Shown piece after piece: positions 26,699 through 38,095 of a stretch of 64,000 bases of DNA. Location of the stretch: contig OZ316776.1 in assembly GCA_973851085.1 (NCBI GenBank), positions 12,834,001-12,898,000 on the forward strand. Direction: 5' to 3'. Each line of letters starts with the position of its first letter. Positions within the stretch are counted from its first letter, which is position 1. A program made the position numbers and the translations under genes. Under the pieces are notes generated by a model that saw only the letters and a program-made list of their open reading frames with translations, did not search any database and was not told the origin of the DNA. The stretch is from Ptychomitrium polyphyllum. Lineage: Eukaryota.

Positions 26699-29600
26699 CT
26701 ACTCTGAGAGACCAGCAACGTTGGCAGACAGGCTCCACAGCTTGGATGACAGTTTCTCGTCATAAGCTTGAGGGTTGGCAGGCACTTCTTCCACTTTGCT
26801 GAAGAACATTCCTCTTGAAAGGTACCGGACTGGCCAGTCCAACGTTGCTGCAATGAGATGAAAAATGGGAGTTGCACTAGGTTTCGTCACCTGTGGTAAA
26901 AAGCCACATCAGTCACACGTAAAACAGCAATACCTGTGATCATTCCTACATGAAAATACAAAAAATGGCAGGACCTACTGTTGGTCATATTCGTTGAATT
27001 AGCTATAACTTCAGACTGCCAAAGGTATCCTAAAATCCGCTATGGGTATAATATTCGCTCTAAAGTTTTGAGCCCAAAACCTCACCTGCCAGAATACCTT
27101 GAAATTACCGAACTAATGAATAACTCTATTCTTGGTAATTACATAAACTTTATCAACTTGCAGCTTTATAGAGTAAGTTGAGTTCTATAAAACTCACCCC
27201 CCACCAAGCAAACCCTCCTCTGGCAAAGAGACGAAACGGCGTTTTGTCTTGCTCCGTTTTCAAGCGGGTCGTGGCGGCATGATATACAGGTGTTGCTCCA
27301 TCCCAGGTCGGAGCAAATGCCACCTGGCACCAACATTCAAGGATCATCGTGCATACAGTCTCCTGGTGGCTTCGAATGCAACCAAATCATTTGGAATTCA
27401 CTACAATGGCGGTTGCTGTAATTGTTCTGGTTTCAGTTCCTACCATGTATCGCAGCTTAGGAGACAATGAGAACATCAAGTGTGTGGTTCCAGTAATAAG
27501 ACACCAGCAAAGTCAGATTAGACTGTTACCTTCAAACCCCATGAAATAGGTGGCTTGTTGTATCTACTTGTCCTCCATATGTCACTGAAGACGGCCCCTG
27601 TTTCAAGCGCAATCTCCAGAATCATTCTCTGGTTAGCACATTCTATTGGGCAAACAGACTCTCAACCTTGTGCTCTATCCTAACATTGTCTTTCTGGCGC
27701 CTGCGTGGTTATTATTTAGTGGTCAACATTTTCACTAACTTTACAAGGTTTACACGGCCGCAGTCAAATAAAGCACAGAAGAAGCAGACCCAATTCACTG
27801 GTATTCCATATACCACTACAATCTTAGCTATGAAAAAGAGGAGGCGTTCGAGGTTCACCTGGATCTACAGCGCATGCTTGAATCCCCTTTCCTGATAACA
27901 TGCACATAATCCATCAAAAAAACGAGTGGCAATCGCCTGTGGATAATTACAGCGGACCGGAAATATGCAAGTTCGTAAAACTAAATCCAGGCAAAGTATT
28001 TTCATTCCATAATTGCGGGAAACGGTATAAGAGACTCCTTCACGTACCTTGCCATCGCCGTTGCAATTCAAAAGAAAAGAGGATGTTTGCGAGTTTCGCC
28101 TGAGCATACTGACCAGCTTTGAAATCTTTGAAGAATTTCTCCTGATTATTCAGCAAACAATCAGTACTACTTCTCTTCATATTCCATTTATTTTCAGATT
28201 CAAGGGGGAGAAAACAGAAAATTAACTGTCTTTGTTTTGTAGAAGGGAACTAGTAAAAAGACGTGATGTATATAGCAAAAAGTTCACGGAGGAAATAGAG
28301 TACCGGATCTGGAATTGTCACTCCCCGACTCATTATGGAGCTCACGTTGACCACCTTTTTCCCAGCGCAATTTTAAGGTCACACTCCCGCATCAAAATAA
28401 CCAAAAGTCACCAAAAAACCTAACTTGTATGCAAATAAATTTTTACTTGAAATCTATGGCTCAGCAGTCAAACACTAGTGGGAACGTATAGCTTCATAGC
28501 TCACAATCTAAACAATCCAAACAATCTAAACAACGTAGCTTTAAAGGCATTTTAAAGTAGAAGTTGTCAACTTGTACCCTTGAAGGTGCACCTGCCACCA
28601 GACTGTCCTCCAGCAGACGAGTCAAGACATAATGCCCCAAGTAATTAACCTGCAGCTCTAGCAAGTACATACCAAATGTTAATATCATTGCTCTCTCAAT
28701 ACTTTTCCATATGAAAGAACTAACCAGAAGAGTATTCTTTCACAGACGTGATTTCAACTGTGCTGTCAAACGGGAAAGGCCGAATGTCACCATTGCTGGG
28801 CCATTGGCGTTCTTTGTTACTTACACTGTCATAGTTTGATTATCAACGCTTTGGTAGGGACATATGTAACAAGGAAACAGTGATATGCTGAGCTTCATAC
28901 CTGAGCGGATTCACCGACACCTTCAGCTGTGTACCAGGGAGTGCGAAGGGTGACTCCAGCATTGTTGACCTGCAGTCCAGAGGAGCTCGTCAATCAGTAA
29001 ATTCACCATTCGCCAACAGAATGTAAGACATGGCTTGACAAAGGATTCACTGTTTGTATGAATTGGAAACAAAAGCACAAGAATCGTACACACTAACTAG
29101 ACCCAACCGCAGGGTTCGAGAAACATACGAGGAGGTTCAGAGGCAGATTACGAGACTTAAAATCAAATGCACACTTTCGCACTGATTCTAGTGCCTTCAA
29201 ATCCAGTAACAAGACTTCCACATCGGCTCCTGGACAAGCCTGCAAAGCCCATTGTATGCGGTGAGGCGTCTCGTTCAATCATCAAATATGAAGCACAAAG
29301 AAGTGAAGTATGCATAAGGTATAATTATTTCTCCAGAACTAAGCCTCGAGTTTCATCTCAGAATCCACACCAATCACAAAAACACTAGATACTGAGGTAG
29401 GATAAATGTCGCAAATGATGCACGTATACATTTATAGATGAAATAAGCTGACAGAGGTAGCTCAAGAAGATGAAACATGATGGCATGAGATGATGATATG
29501 CCTCGTGATATGTGTCACCTCACGAATGTAAGACGCAGCTTCATGGCCCCTGTCAGCACTGCGGCAAGCCATGAACACTTTCATCCCATCTTTGGCAAGA

Positions 29601-30320
29601 GCAAGCGCCGTCTCTCTGTCAATAGCCAGAAGAATAAAATCAAGGTCGTGTTCACAATTGTGCACAAACCAATCAAAGAATCTATATACGATTTCCAGCA
29701 CATGTAACCTCAAATACAAGGAGTTTTCAATCAATTCATCCCAAAATATCAGCAAACACAAGTGCCAAAACCCCACCCGTTATCACACATAAACTTGCAA
29801 AATCCCTAAACAGATGTTATCGTCAACATCAAAGCCTCCGTTAACCCTAAAATTTTACGTCGAAACCCGTGAATGAGTCAATCAGAAACTAGGTTACATA
29901 TCACCACATCCAGAAATTCTATCAAAAATGGTAATAATAATAATAAGATAAAACTGACGAAGGAAGCCCCCAAACAAGCAATCTTCTTTCTCAACCGCTA
30001 ACCTCCGCCCAATTCAAAATCAGACAATTCCCCTACAGAAACCTAATCACCAGTCCAGTAAAAGATTCTTCTCAACAACAATGTAGCTCAAAAAAACTCC
30101 TCTTCCTTCAAAAAAAATCATGAAACCAAAAACCTCCCACCAAAAATCCCATCTCCAGAAAATTCCACCAAGAAAAAGCTGAAAACGCCCCAACCATCCC
30201 AAGCACACGAGACTCGAGCCACCACTTGGAACCACGCAAGCGAGTGACGACAACATACCGTCCAATTCCAGTGTTGGATCCCGTGACGAGGGCCACCTCC
30301 TTGTGCTGGTCGGAATCCAT
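26699..30320 (-). CDS. Short-chain dehydrogenase/reductase, TIC32/retinol-dehydrogenase-like (~324 aa); exons 30320-30259, 29615-29519, 29239-29129, 28969-28901, 28649-28578, 28354-28304, 28141-28048, 27891-27859, 27597-27530, 27323-27198, 26890-26699
   Basis: Rossmann motif VALVTGSNTGIGRETA, MACR, LDL, LNLLVNNAG, QVNYLGHYVLT, RVVNVSS, catalytic YAQAK (YxxxK), VDPGAV, C-terminal AYDEKLSSKLWSLS. GT-AG introns; 975 nt in frame. Confidence 0.9.
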
Positions 30321-30342
30321 CTGATCCACAACAACTGAAGCT

Positions 30343-30582
30343 CACGTGCCAATTGCGAACTCACCACATCCCTGCAACGCCCGCACATGCATGCAACAAC
30401 CCTACCAAGAGGATCCGCACCGCTGGCTTGCCCTCCATCGCTCCACCATCCCCTCCCGTCACGCTGTGGTGGACACCATGGTCGCTCTGCGCGTGCCGAC
30501 GACGATGGCGCGGCGTCTAGATCCGCGTCGCTGCGCCGGAAATCTAGCGTTACGTCCCCTATGCCCGCCTCTCTAACGTGGC
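30343..30582. promoter_or_regulatory. GC-rich SDR promoter/5' region with G-box, RY and ABRE motifs
   Basis: CACGTG 30343-30348, CATGCATG 30386-30393, ACGTGGC 30576-30582. Confidence 0.3.
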
Positions 30583-30905
30583 GGGTGTGCCATTCGTTTT
30601 CTTCAGCATGCACCTGGGGTCTTCCGCCGCTCGGGGTCTTCCGCCGCTGGGAGCTTGAAGGGGATTCTTCTGTACTCTGTTACTTGGATGTTGTGTGAAT
30701 GAACTGGATTAGACTTTTATTCTTTACTTTGAAGAAGTTAGCTTTTACTTCTTCTTCTTTACCTTTTTCGTTTTGCATTTTGTGTGTTGGAAAGGTAGGA
30801 AACTTTGATTGTTTGATGTGTGTAAGTTTAGTTAAGAGGGTTATTCACTATTTGAAGAAAACCTTGGGACTTGGAGAGGATCTTGTGAAAATTTCCACGT
30901 GAGTA

Positions 30906-31291
30906 AATCCTCCGTGATCCTTGAATGTTTGCTGAAATTGCGAGACGTTTTGTGCACGCCATTGAGACTTTGGTATAGTGTAAGTGCTGGTCTACTATCC
31001 TTGTGATAGGCGTTTGTGAGGGTGTTTCCATTCGAATAGTTGGAACTTTTTTGAAAACTGAAAATCTTTCTTTTTGGAGGGTGCTTGAAATTTGTGTGTA
31101 GGAAGGAATTAGAAACCAAAGGGGGATTGTGGATTTGGATGACTTTGCCTAATTTGGAATTCATCTTGAATTTAAGCATTTAAGGGATTTCAAACATTCA
31201 AGGATTTCAAACATTCAAGGAATCCTCCGTGAAATTCCTTGATAAATTTCAAACATTCTTGAATTTCAAACATTCAAGGAATTTCAAACAT
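30906..31291. repeat. Cluster of short direct and inverted repeats (ATTTCAAACATTCAAGG-like x5; AATCCTCCGTGA x2), possibly a small element remnant
   Basis: Copies at 31186-31291, inverted copy CCTTGAATGTTTG at 30919-30931, AATCCTCCGTGA at 30906 and 31221. Confidence 0.5.
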
Positions 31292-34200
31292 CTTTTTTAT
31301 CTCCAAATTTTGAATCTTAAAGATTTTATGGCTGTTCCTTATATACATGGTAATATCAAAATGACTTATAGACGTTCAAGTTTACACTAATTGATTATTC
31401 GATTTTTTTTTTAAATCATTTTTTCAAAGTATGTCATTATAAAAATAATCTTCATGTTACTAACCTATGTTTTTATGCTGGAAAAAAGAAAAATTCTATA
31501 AAAAAAAATTGGTTTTTAGATATTAAAAAAAAATCAATTAAGTGAATGAATAAACACCATGTGGATTTTATGAATTTTTAAAGGTTTGTATACTAAAATT
31601 AAAATTAAAATTCTAAATATGGAATTCCTATGCTTATTTCATTATCAATTGGTTTTAAATACAAAAATTTCCAATTGGTGAAAGAAGCAATTTGAATATT
31701 GGCTATAATTTGAATATTTTGCTTACATTTCAAATTTGAAGCTTCATTTTTATTTAAATGTCATTAATAATAAAATTTGGTCAATGTGGATATTTTAATA
31801 GACAAACTGAATTTACAACAACAACAAAAAAAATCCAATCCACTTTTAAATGTATTTCTTAGATGTTTTTAATACTAGTTATAAATTTTAAAGATTGAAA
31901 ATCTTGTGGATTTAGCTCTTTAATTTTAGGATGAATAGCATATTTGCTAAAGGCATTATAAAATTTGGTATAATTCCAAATTAATTTTAATTGGAGTTTT
32001 TTTGTTTAGCAAAGATTCTTATGCATGTATTCTATTATTAAAGATCAAGTTCTTTCTGAAAAGCACATCCATAGTTCCTTCAAATTCTTTGCAATATCAT
32101 ATTTTTAACAAATCAAATAGATGTAAAACCAAAATAACCTATGCTATTGGAAATACATGTTACATAACATTCTTTAGCAGTTGATGCAACTTATTTATAC
32201 CTTGGAAAGTCAAAAACCATCAATTAATAGTAGTGATGGCATACAGTAGTGTATAAATGAAGACACAAGCTTAGATTGATGATCTTGTATACAAACTCTG
32301 TCAATTTTAAGTGGAACAGGGTTTTATAAAAAAAAAAAAATAGTACTTTTAAATGATGCAATGATTTTTTTGGAGAGAGATCCTTCACAAGGGTGGTCAA
32401 AGAATGTCATAATTCACATGTGATGCTACACTGATAATCATAGGTTTAAGAAAGACGAACTTAGCCTTCAAAAGACAAGTAGCTAGTCATACTTAGCACT
32501 TGTTGGAATATCTTGATTATATTTGCATACAAGTGGATGCACTAGCCAAGGGTGGCCTTCCATTAGCAAACTTGGAAACAATAGCATCAGTAGATAACTT
32601 GTTAATCGCATGTCATTTTTATATTATCTTGAGATCAAAATGATGGCATGACACCACCAAAGTGGCCAGCAAAAAAGATTAATCTACTCAGCATAATGCA
32701 TGTTTCAACCCCAAGCACTTGTGTGCAGATAGCAGATGGACATGAAGAAAGGCAAAACTTCAAGCAGGAGAGCTCCAAGAATCCAACTTGATTAATTGAG
32801 TGGAAGGCATCTTGAGTAACTCATTTCTCCTTGCACAATTATGATCAATGAGACCGCATATCTATGTATCATGATGCACACTGCTCTGTAACTTCATCAC
32901 TGTGCTCTTGAATGAGCTGCAGGAAGGCACCTTCAGATCCTGAATAGTGAGGATTAAAATGACAGTAGCCCCTCTGTACTCTGTACCAATAGGACCCACT
33001 TGTCATATGTCTCATATACCCCTGAATGTGGCAAGGACTGGTGTGGTCAGTGGTGACTAGCAGAGTGCCTGCACCAGGAACTTGACCAAAGAAGTTGCCC
33101 ACAACTTTTCTGTGATGTCGGGTAGAGAAGCATACTTGCAGGGTCGAAACCGGGCAGGGGCTCAGATTTTACTTCATGACATTCTTCAGCGAACCATCTG
33201 AATTGCCTGTCTGCAAAGGAATCAAAGGTGCCCTTCCATTTCAAAAGACCCTCCATTATTGTAGGGAAAGGGTGAATTTCTTCATAACATCATCATTGAC
33301 ATGATCCTTGCACATAAGAAAAACTGAAAAAGCTCCTTGCAGAGAACATGGCTTGCAAATTGGGGAAGTTCAAGAGTTACATGGACGATGGAAGGCACAC
33401 AGTCTACAGCACCTGTAACTCCTTACTCAGCCCTGAATTCTGACATGTCCATAACTGTAATCAGTGAATAACTTCCAGGGCTACCTCGAGATCCTGAATC
33501 TTGGTTAGTGGGGATTCGTATGACATCAGTCTCGCTGTACTCTGGATTCTGTAAGTTTCCCAGCAAGATGTGACGACATCACTCCTGAGTCCATTGATGG
33601 CTTTACAGGTGGCCTCTTTTAAGTCTTTACCAGCAGAGCGGTCATGTATGTACACTCTACCTTGGATATTATCACACCTTTGCTGGGCCCAAAAACCGTG
33701 GCAATAACAAATAGTGGTAATCTCAAAAGTAACGCATTCGGAACGTAAGTTTAAGATTACCAATTTAAAGTTAAAAGTTAAAAGTGATCAAACTTCTTTA
33801 AAGGGTGTACTATTTCATATGCAGAATTATTTTTTTGTAATTTGTAATAAATTGTAATGATAAACTTAGGACAAATATTTAAAAGCAAGAGTTTGATAGT
33901 GGAAAGAGGGAGTTAGAAGAACCAAGCACTTTTCACGTACAATATACTTCTTATCTCTTGTATTCTAATTCTATATCAAATACACCTATTGATATTATAT
34001 TATGTTGTTATCATCCCAATCTAATGTATTTCTTTGTGGATGGAAATGATATTAGTGATAGTGATAGTGATAGTAACAATGAAAGGATAGTTTTGAATGG
34101 AAACATTTGTTCTCAATATGCATGGTAGCATGAATAAGGTGTAATAGTAATAAGATTAGTATCATGAGGCAAAATAATAATCACATAGCATATTTTTTAC

Positions 34201-35813
34201 TAAATAGTTATAAAAAATAAAAAATGAAATTTTAGAAAACAATTTTTCAAATAAAATTTTGAAAAAACAAATGCATAACTTCAGAAAAAAGTGTGTTTTA
34301 ACAAAATTTATTCTTTGAAAACATTTCAAAGAGGTGACAAACTTATTATGTAGTTATGGTTGTATAGTGTAAGCCACTTTAAGATTTTATAGATTTTTAA
34401 TGTCATGTTTAGAAGAATGTAAGGAATACCTAGTGTGAGTTTACAAATACATGGTGAAATCAACTATTTAAAGACCATCAATATTACTATAAATGTCATA
34501 GTTCCTTGCACCTTGTACAAATTAACCATTTTTGGACCGTGAAGCTTTTCTGTTATGCCCAGAATACACTCGGCAAAGCTACAAGTAGTTTCAGGATAGC
34601 TCTACTCAGTCTGTTACTTAGAAGCAAGTTTCTTCATCGTTTCAGTATCGTTTCTGTAGACTGAGCTCTCAGTTCGTTTTTTCTTGGATTCCAAATTCAT
34701 GACAACCAGCAATAATCCTTTTTATGTTGGCACCGTGTTGTATTGCAAAAAGCAGTGTACAAGTCATGCCCCAGGGGCAGGGGGCTGTATCTGTTGGTCC
34801 AGAATTGGTATAGCAGTGCAATTTTGTAAGAGCTGAAACTTTCAGAATACCAATTTGAAAGCAAATGTTGCGTTTATTATTTGTTACTTTAGAACGTGGT
34901 ATAAGCAGTCTACGTTCTACATCTGATTAGGTGTAGAGAAGTCCACACAGCTTCCGTGGTTCTAGTGGTACAGACATGATGGTCAGATTCAAAGTGGACT
35001 GCAGCTCCATATGTTCAGAAAAGCTCTACACTGATAGGAACTGTGTACCTGAAAGAGACAAACATCTGATCCTTCCATATCGGGAAAAACAACAAACAAA
35101 ATAAAAAAGAATGATGTGACCTCGATGTTCCCAATGTTGGTATAATCGGAAATTTTCTGAAAATTTAGATACATCTGGTGAGAATAACTTATAATCGTTA
35201 TGTCGAAGAGTTGCTGGTGAGTTGATTGTGTTGCTAATGAATTTTAGAGGCTACGATCTCAAAAGAATAAGATCTGCGTTGAATTGGGATACTCGTTTCA
35301 ATATGCTTGGAACTTTGAGCTCATATACAAGAACAGGAACAGACACCAAGTCGTGGCCAAGATATGAAGGGAGTGGTCTTCTAAGGCACGAGATGTGAAC
35401 AAGTGCTCCTCTATCCATTCTAGGGTCGACGAAGGAGCTTCAGTTGCCACATCGACCTCATGCCACACCAAGCAAGGGAATACTTTTGAGGGAACTTTAC
35501 AAAAGTATCATTCTTCAAAACCCACAATCACTGGAATACTCAGCTCCTTGAAATCCATCGCCGGAAACTTCAATCGAAACTGTGGTTAAAGAAATGAGCA
35601 ACAAATGGAGACCACATCAACTGGGAAATCCCTCCCAGTGGAATAACTTTTCAAATGTTATGCAAAGGAGAGCTGAAATTGTTGCATTCGTAAGCAGATC
35701 ACCTCAAAAAGATTGCGAGCAAATTGATCATAGTGATCTTCTTAGCCCTTTTTGTGAACACAGGCATGGCTACTCTCCTCGCAAATATTAAAGCCATGTT
35801 TGAACCATTTGGT

Positions 35814-35958
35814 GATTGTTGAACTGTAGTTCATGAAGGCAAACTTCAACAATAAGCATCATGTTTGAATTTCGCCTTCCAAACCTTCATCAGTCATTTT
35901 TGTTTTCCGTGACTCCTTTCAAAACGTTGACTATCACATCGTTCCTGTTCATGCCGGA
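35814..35958 (-). ncRNA. Candidate box H/ACA snoRNA (~145 nt)
   Basis: Hairpin 1 (upper stem GGAACG/CGUUUU), H box AAAACA (35906-35901) 14 nt below its pocket; hairpin 2 (GAAGGCGAAAUUCAAACA/UGUUGAAGUUUGCCUUC, lower stem GACUG/CAGUU), ACA (35819-35817) 15 nt below its pocket. The lower stem of hairpin 1 is weak. Confidence 0.35.
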
Positions 35959-36162
35959 TTGCTTAAGCCCAACAGCCATATCTATGGTGAGCATATGATG
36001 ACAATGTTATAACCCATTGTAACGTGTTTCGTTTTCCATCACACACCAGGGCGCTCATGGCCATCTCGTTCTGCAAGAAAAGGTAGTCCACAATCCGATA
36101 CAGCAGCGATACACCAAAAAGAAAATTGAGTGTATCACATCTGAGCTAAGGAAATATTCAAA

Positions 36163-37323
36163 ATGGCTAAGAAATTTGACCCAGGATCGTGTCAAAAGCC
36201 TAAGCCGCCAACAGCACCAAGCTGTCTGGATCGCCTAGTAAGTGACCATTTGCAGAGTTGTTTTTATGTCTAGAACTATTTGCTGGAGAAAAAGTTGCCG
36301 TGTACTTGAGCTTATTTGAATTCTGACTGATTCTGGCTGTAGGGTGCCCATCCGTGTATATGCACGACATGCAACTGTGGAACCCACAAGTGCGTGCCTG
36401 CATTAACCTCGAAGTTCGAACCACTGAACATCAAAGAAACGGACGTTCGAATCCAAGGCACCACAGAATACAATGACAAGTTTTATGAAATGAGATCTGG
36501 CACTGCCAGAAAAATGAAAGATATGACCAGCCTTCCTGGATGCTACCCACAGGGCGACTACTATAGCCAGTAAGCTCCCTCCTGTGCTATTTCAGAAACA
36601 ATTATCGAGACTCAATTTCCTTTAATAAATCAAATGCTTCTCTGTTTATTAGTTGTTCAGATAAATTATATTTGAAAAACTATATCTTCTAAGTTTCATC
36701 GACTGCACCAGAATAGGCCCCTCAACACCGACTACACCAGCTTTTTTGACAAGAAACCCATATTCCCAGGGAAGTTATGGAATCCCAAGACATCACAGAA
36801 GGAGGGGCCGACGTTCTACGGCCACACAGTTTACACAGATTGTTACAAGAAATGGCAATCTGAACCCCGGCCTGCATTCAAACCACCTGGCTTCACTCCA
36901 GGAAAGGAAAAACTTGATGACAGGACTACATACACAACTCATTTCAAAGACAGGTCCAAACCTGAGCAACCAAGGCGGAAGTCGGAGCACTGGCCGCACA
37001 AATACACCCTTTGTGAAGTATGCCACCCAACGAAATCTGGTCCCTTCAAGACGAAAGAAGAAGATGTCAAAGTTGTGAACATTAAAGGAGCTAATCTTGA
37101 CAGTCATACAACATATAATGACTACTATTGTAATCCAGGACATTCAGAGAGTAACCGAACAATCAAGCCTATAAGGTGGGGTCCCAGGGTAGAGCCTCTG
37201 GATGGATTAACGACTTACGCGGACAAGTTTCGAAGACCTCCAAACAAGGATAAGAGCTTGTGCCCAGTCATGATGCGGCCCATGCCTACAAACACAGCTG
37301 AAAACCACCAATGCTATCCATAG
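36163..37323 (+). CDS. SAXO: SAXO/FAM154-like (STOP/Mn-motif) microtubule-stabilising protein, 302 aa; exons 36163-36237, 36343-36569, 36717-37323
   Basis: In-frame TGA upstream of aaaATGG; donors GTAAGT (36238) and GTAAGC (36570); acceptors TAG (36342, 36716); 909 nt in frame. The protein has PCICTTCNCGTHKC and six repeats: IQGTTEYNDKF, PLNTDYTSFF, FYGHTVYTDCYKKW, LDDRTTYTTHF, LDSHTTYNDYY, LDGLTTYADKF. Confidence 0.8.
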
Positions 37324-38095
37324 TGCACTAATCCATCACAACCCTCTGCCTTTATAACTTTGAGTTTAGGTGCATTGACTACTGATAACTAAATGCATCT
37401 ATCTTTAATTCAAACATATGTCTACTCATTGACCCAAGACCTAATGTACAAACAGAAGCACCCAATCATTTAAGTAAAACTTCCTGGCAGTGGACGGTAA
37501 CAAAGTGGACGGAGACTATAAAACCTGTCTACTGAAAGAACATGAAAATTCACACTAAACGAAATCTATATACGATGACAAAGCAACACACAGGTTCTGG
37601 AGATTTAACATCAGTAATGTCACCGAAGAAGTCACGTAAGTGCTATCTATGTACCATACTTAGTCCAGCATACTAACGAAACTTCCAATTTAGTTGCAAA
37701 TTTACAACCTCAACAGTTACATCCTCCATAGATGTGAAAGGTGCTTTGCAAACCTGAAGCTATCAATCTTCCCAATATTATAAATCTGCATAAGACATGG
37801 TACTGGAAGAATATTAGTTCTTGTTGCGGGTAAACCTAGAACTGCGCACGCTTTTGGTAATCACCAATAAGATACAAAATACCAAAGAATGTATATTTAT
37901 AAAAGGTACAAGTTATCAAAAAATGGTTTTAAGAGGTCATAAGTTCAGAATCTCCATGTTCTGAACGTTACTCTACCTAGTGTTCAGCCCAGAAAAGCAA
38001 GAGCGGCACTTCTGAGCAAACTAATATAAATGAACTGCACTCCTAACCGCCGACATAAATAGTAGTGTTGAATACCCACAAGAGTCAGATAAATT

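Noticed and set aside
33170..33210. FRWFAEE resembling an aldehyde-dehydrogenase motif
   Set aside because: The downstream ALDH motifs (PVGV, PWNFP) are absent.
36793..37143. 116-aa minus-strand ORF
   Set aside because: Antisense shadow of the last SAXO-like exon.
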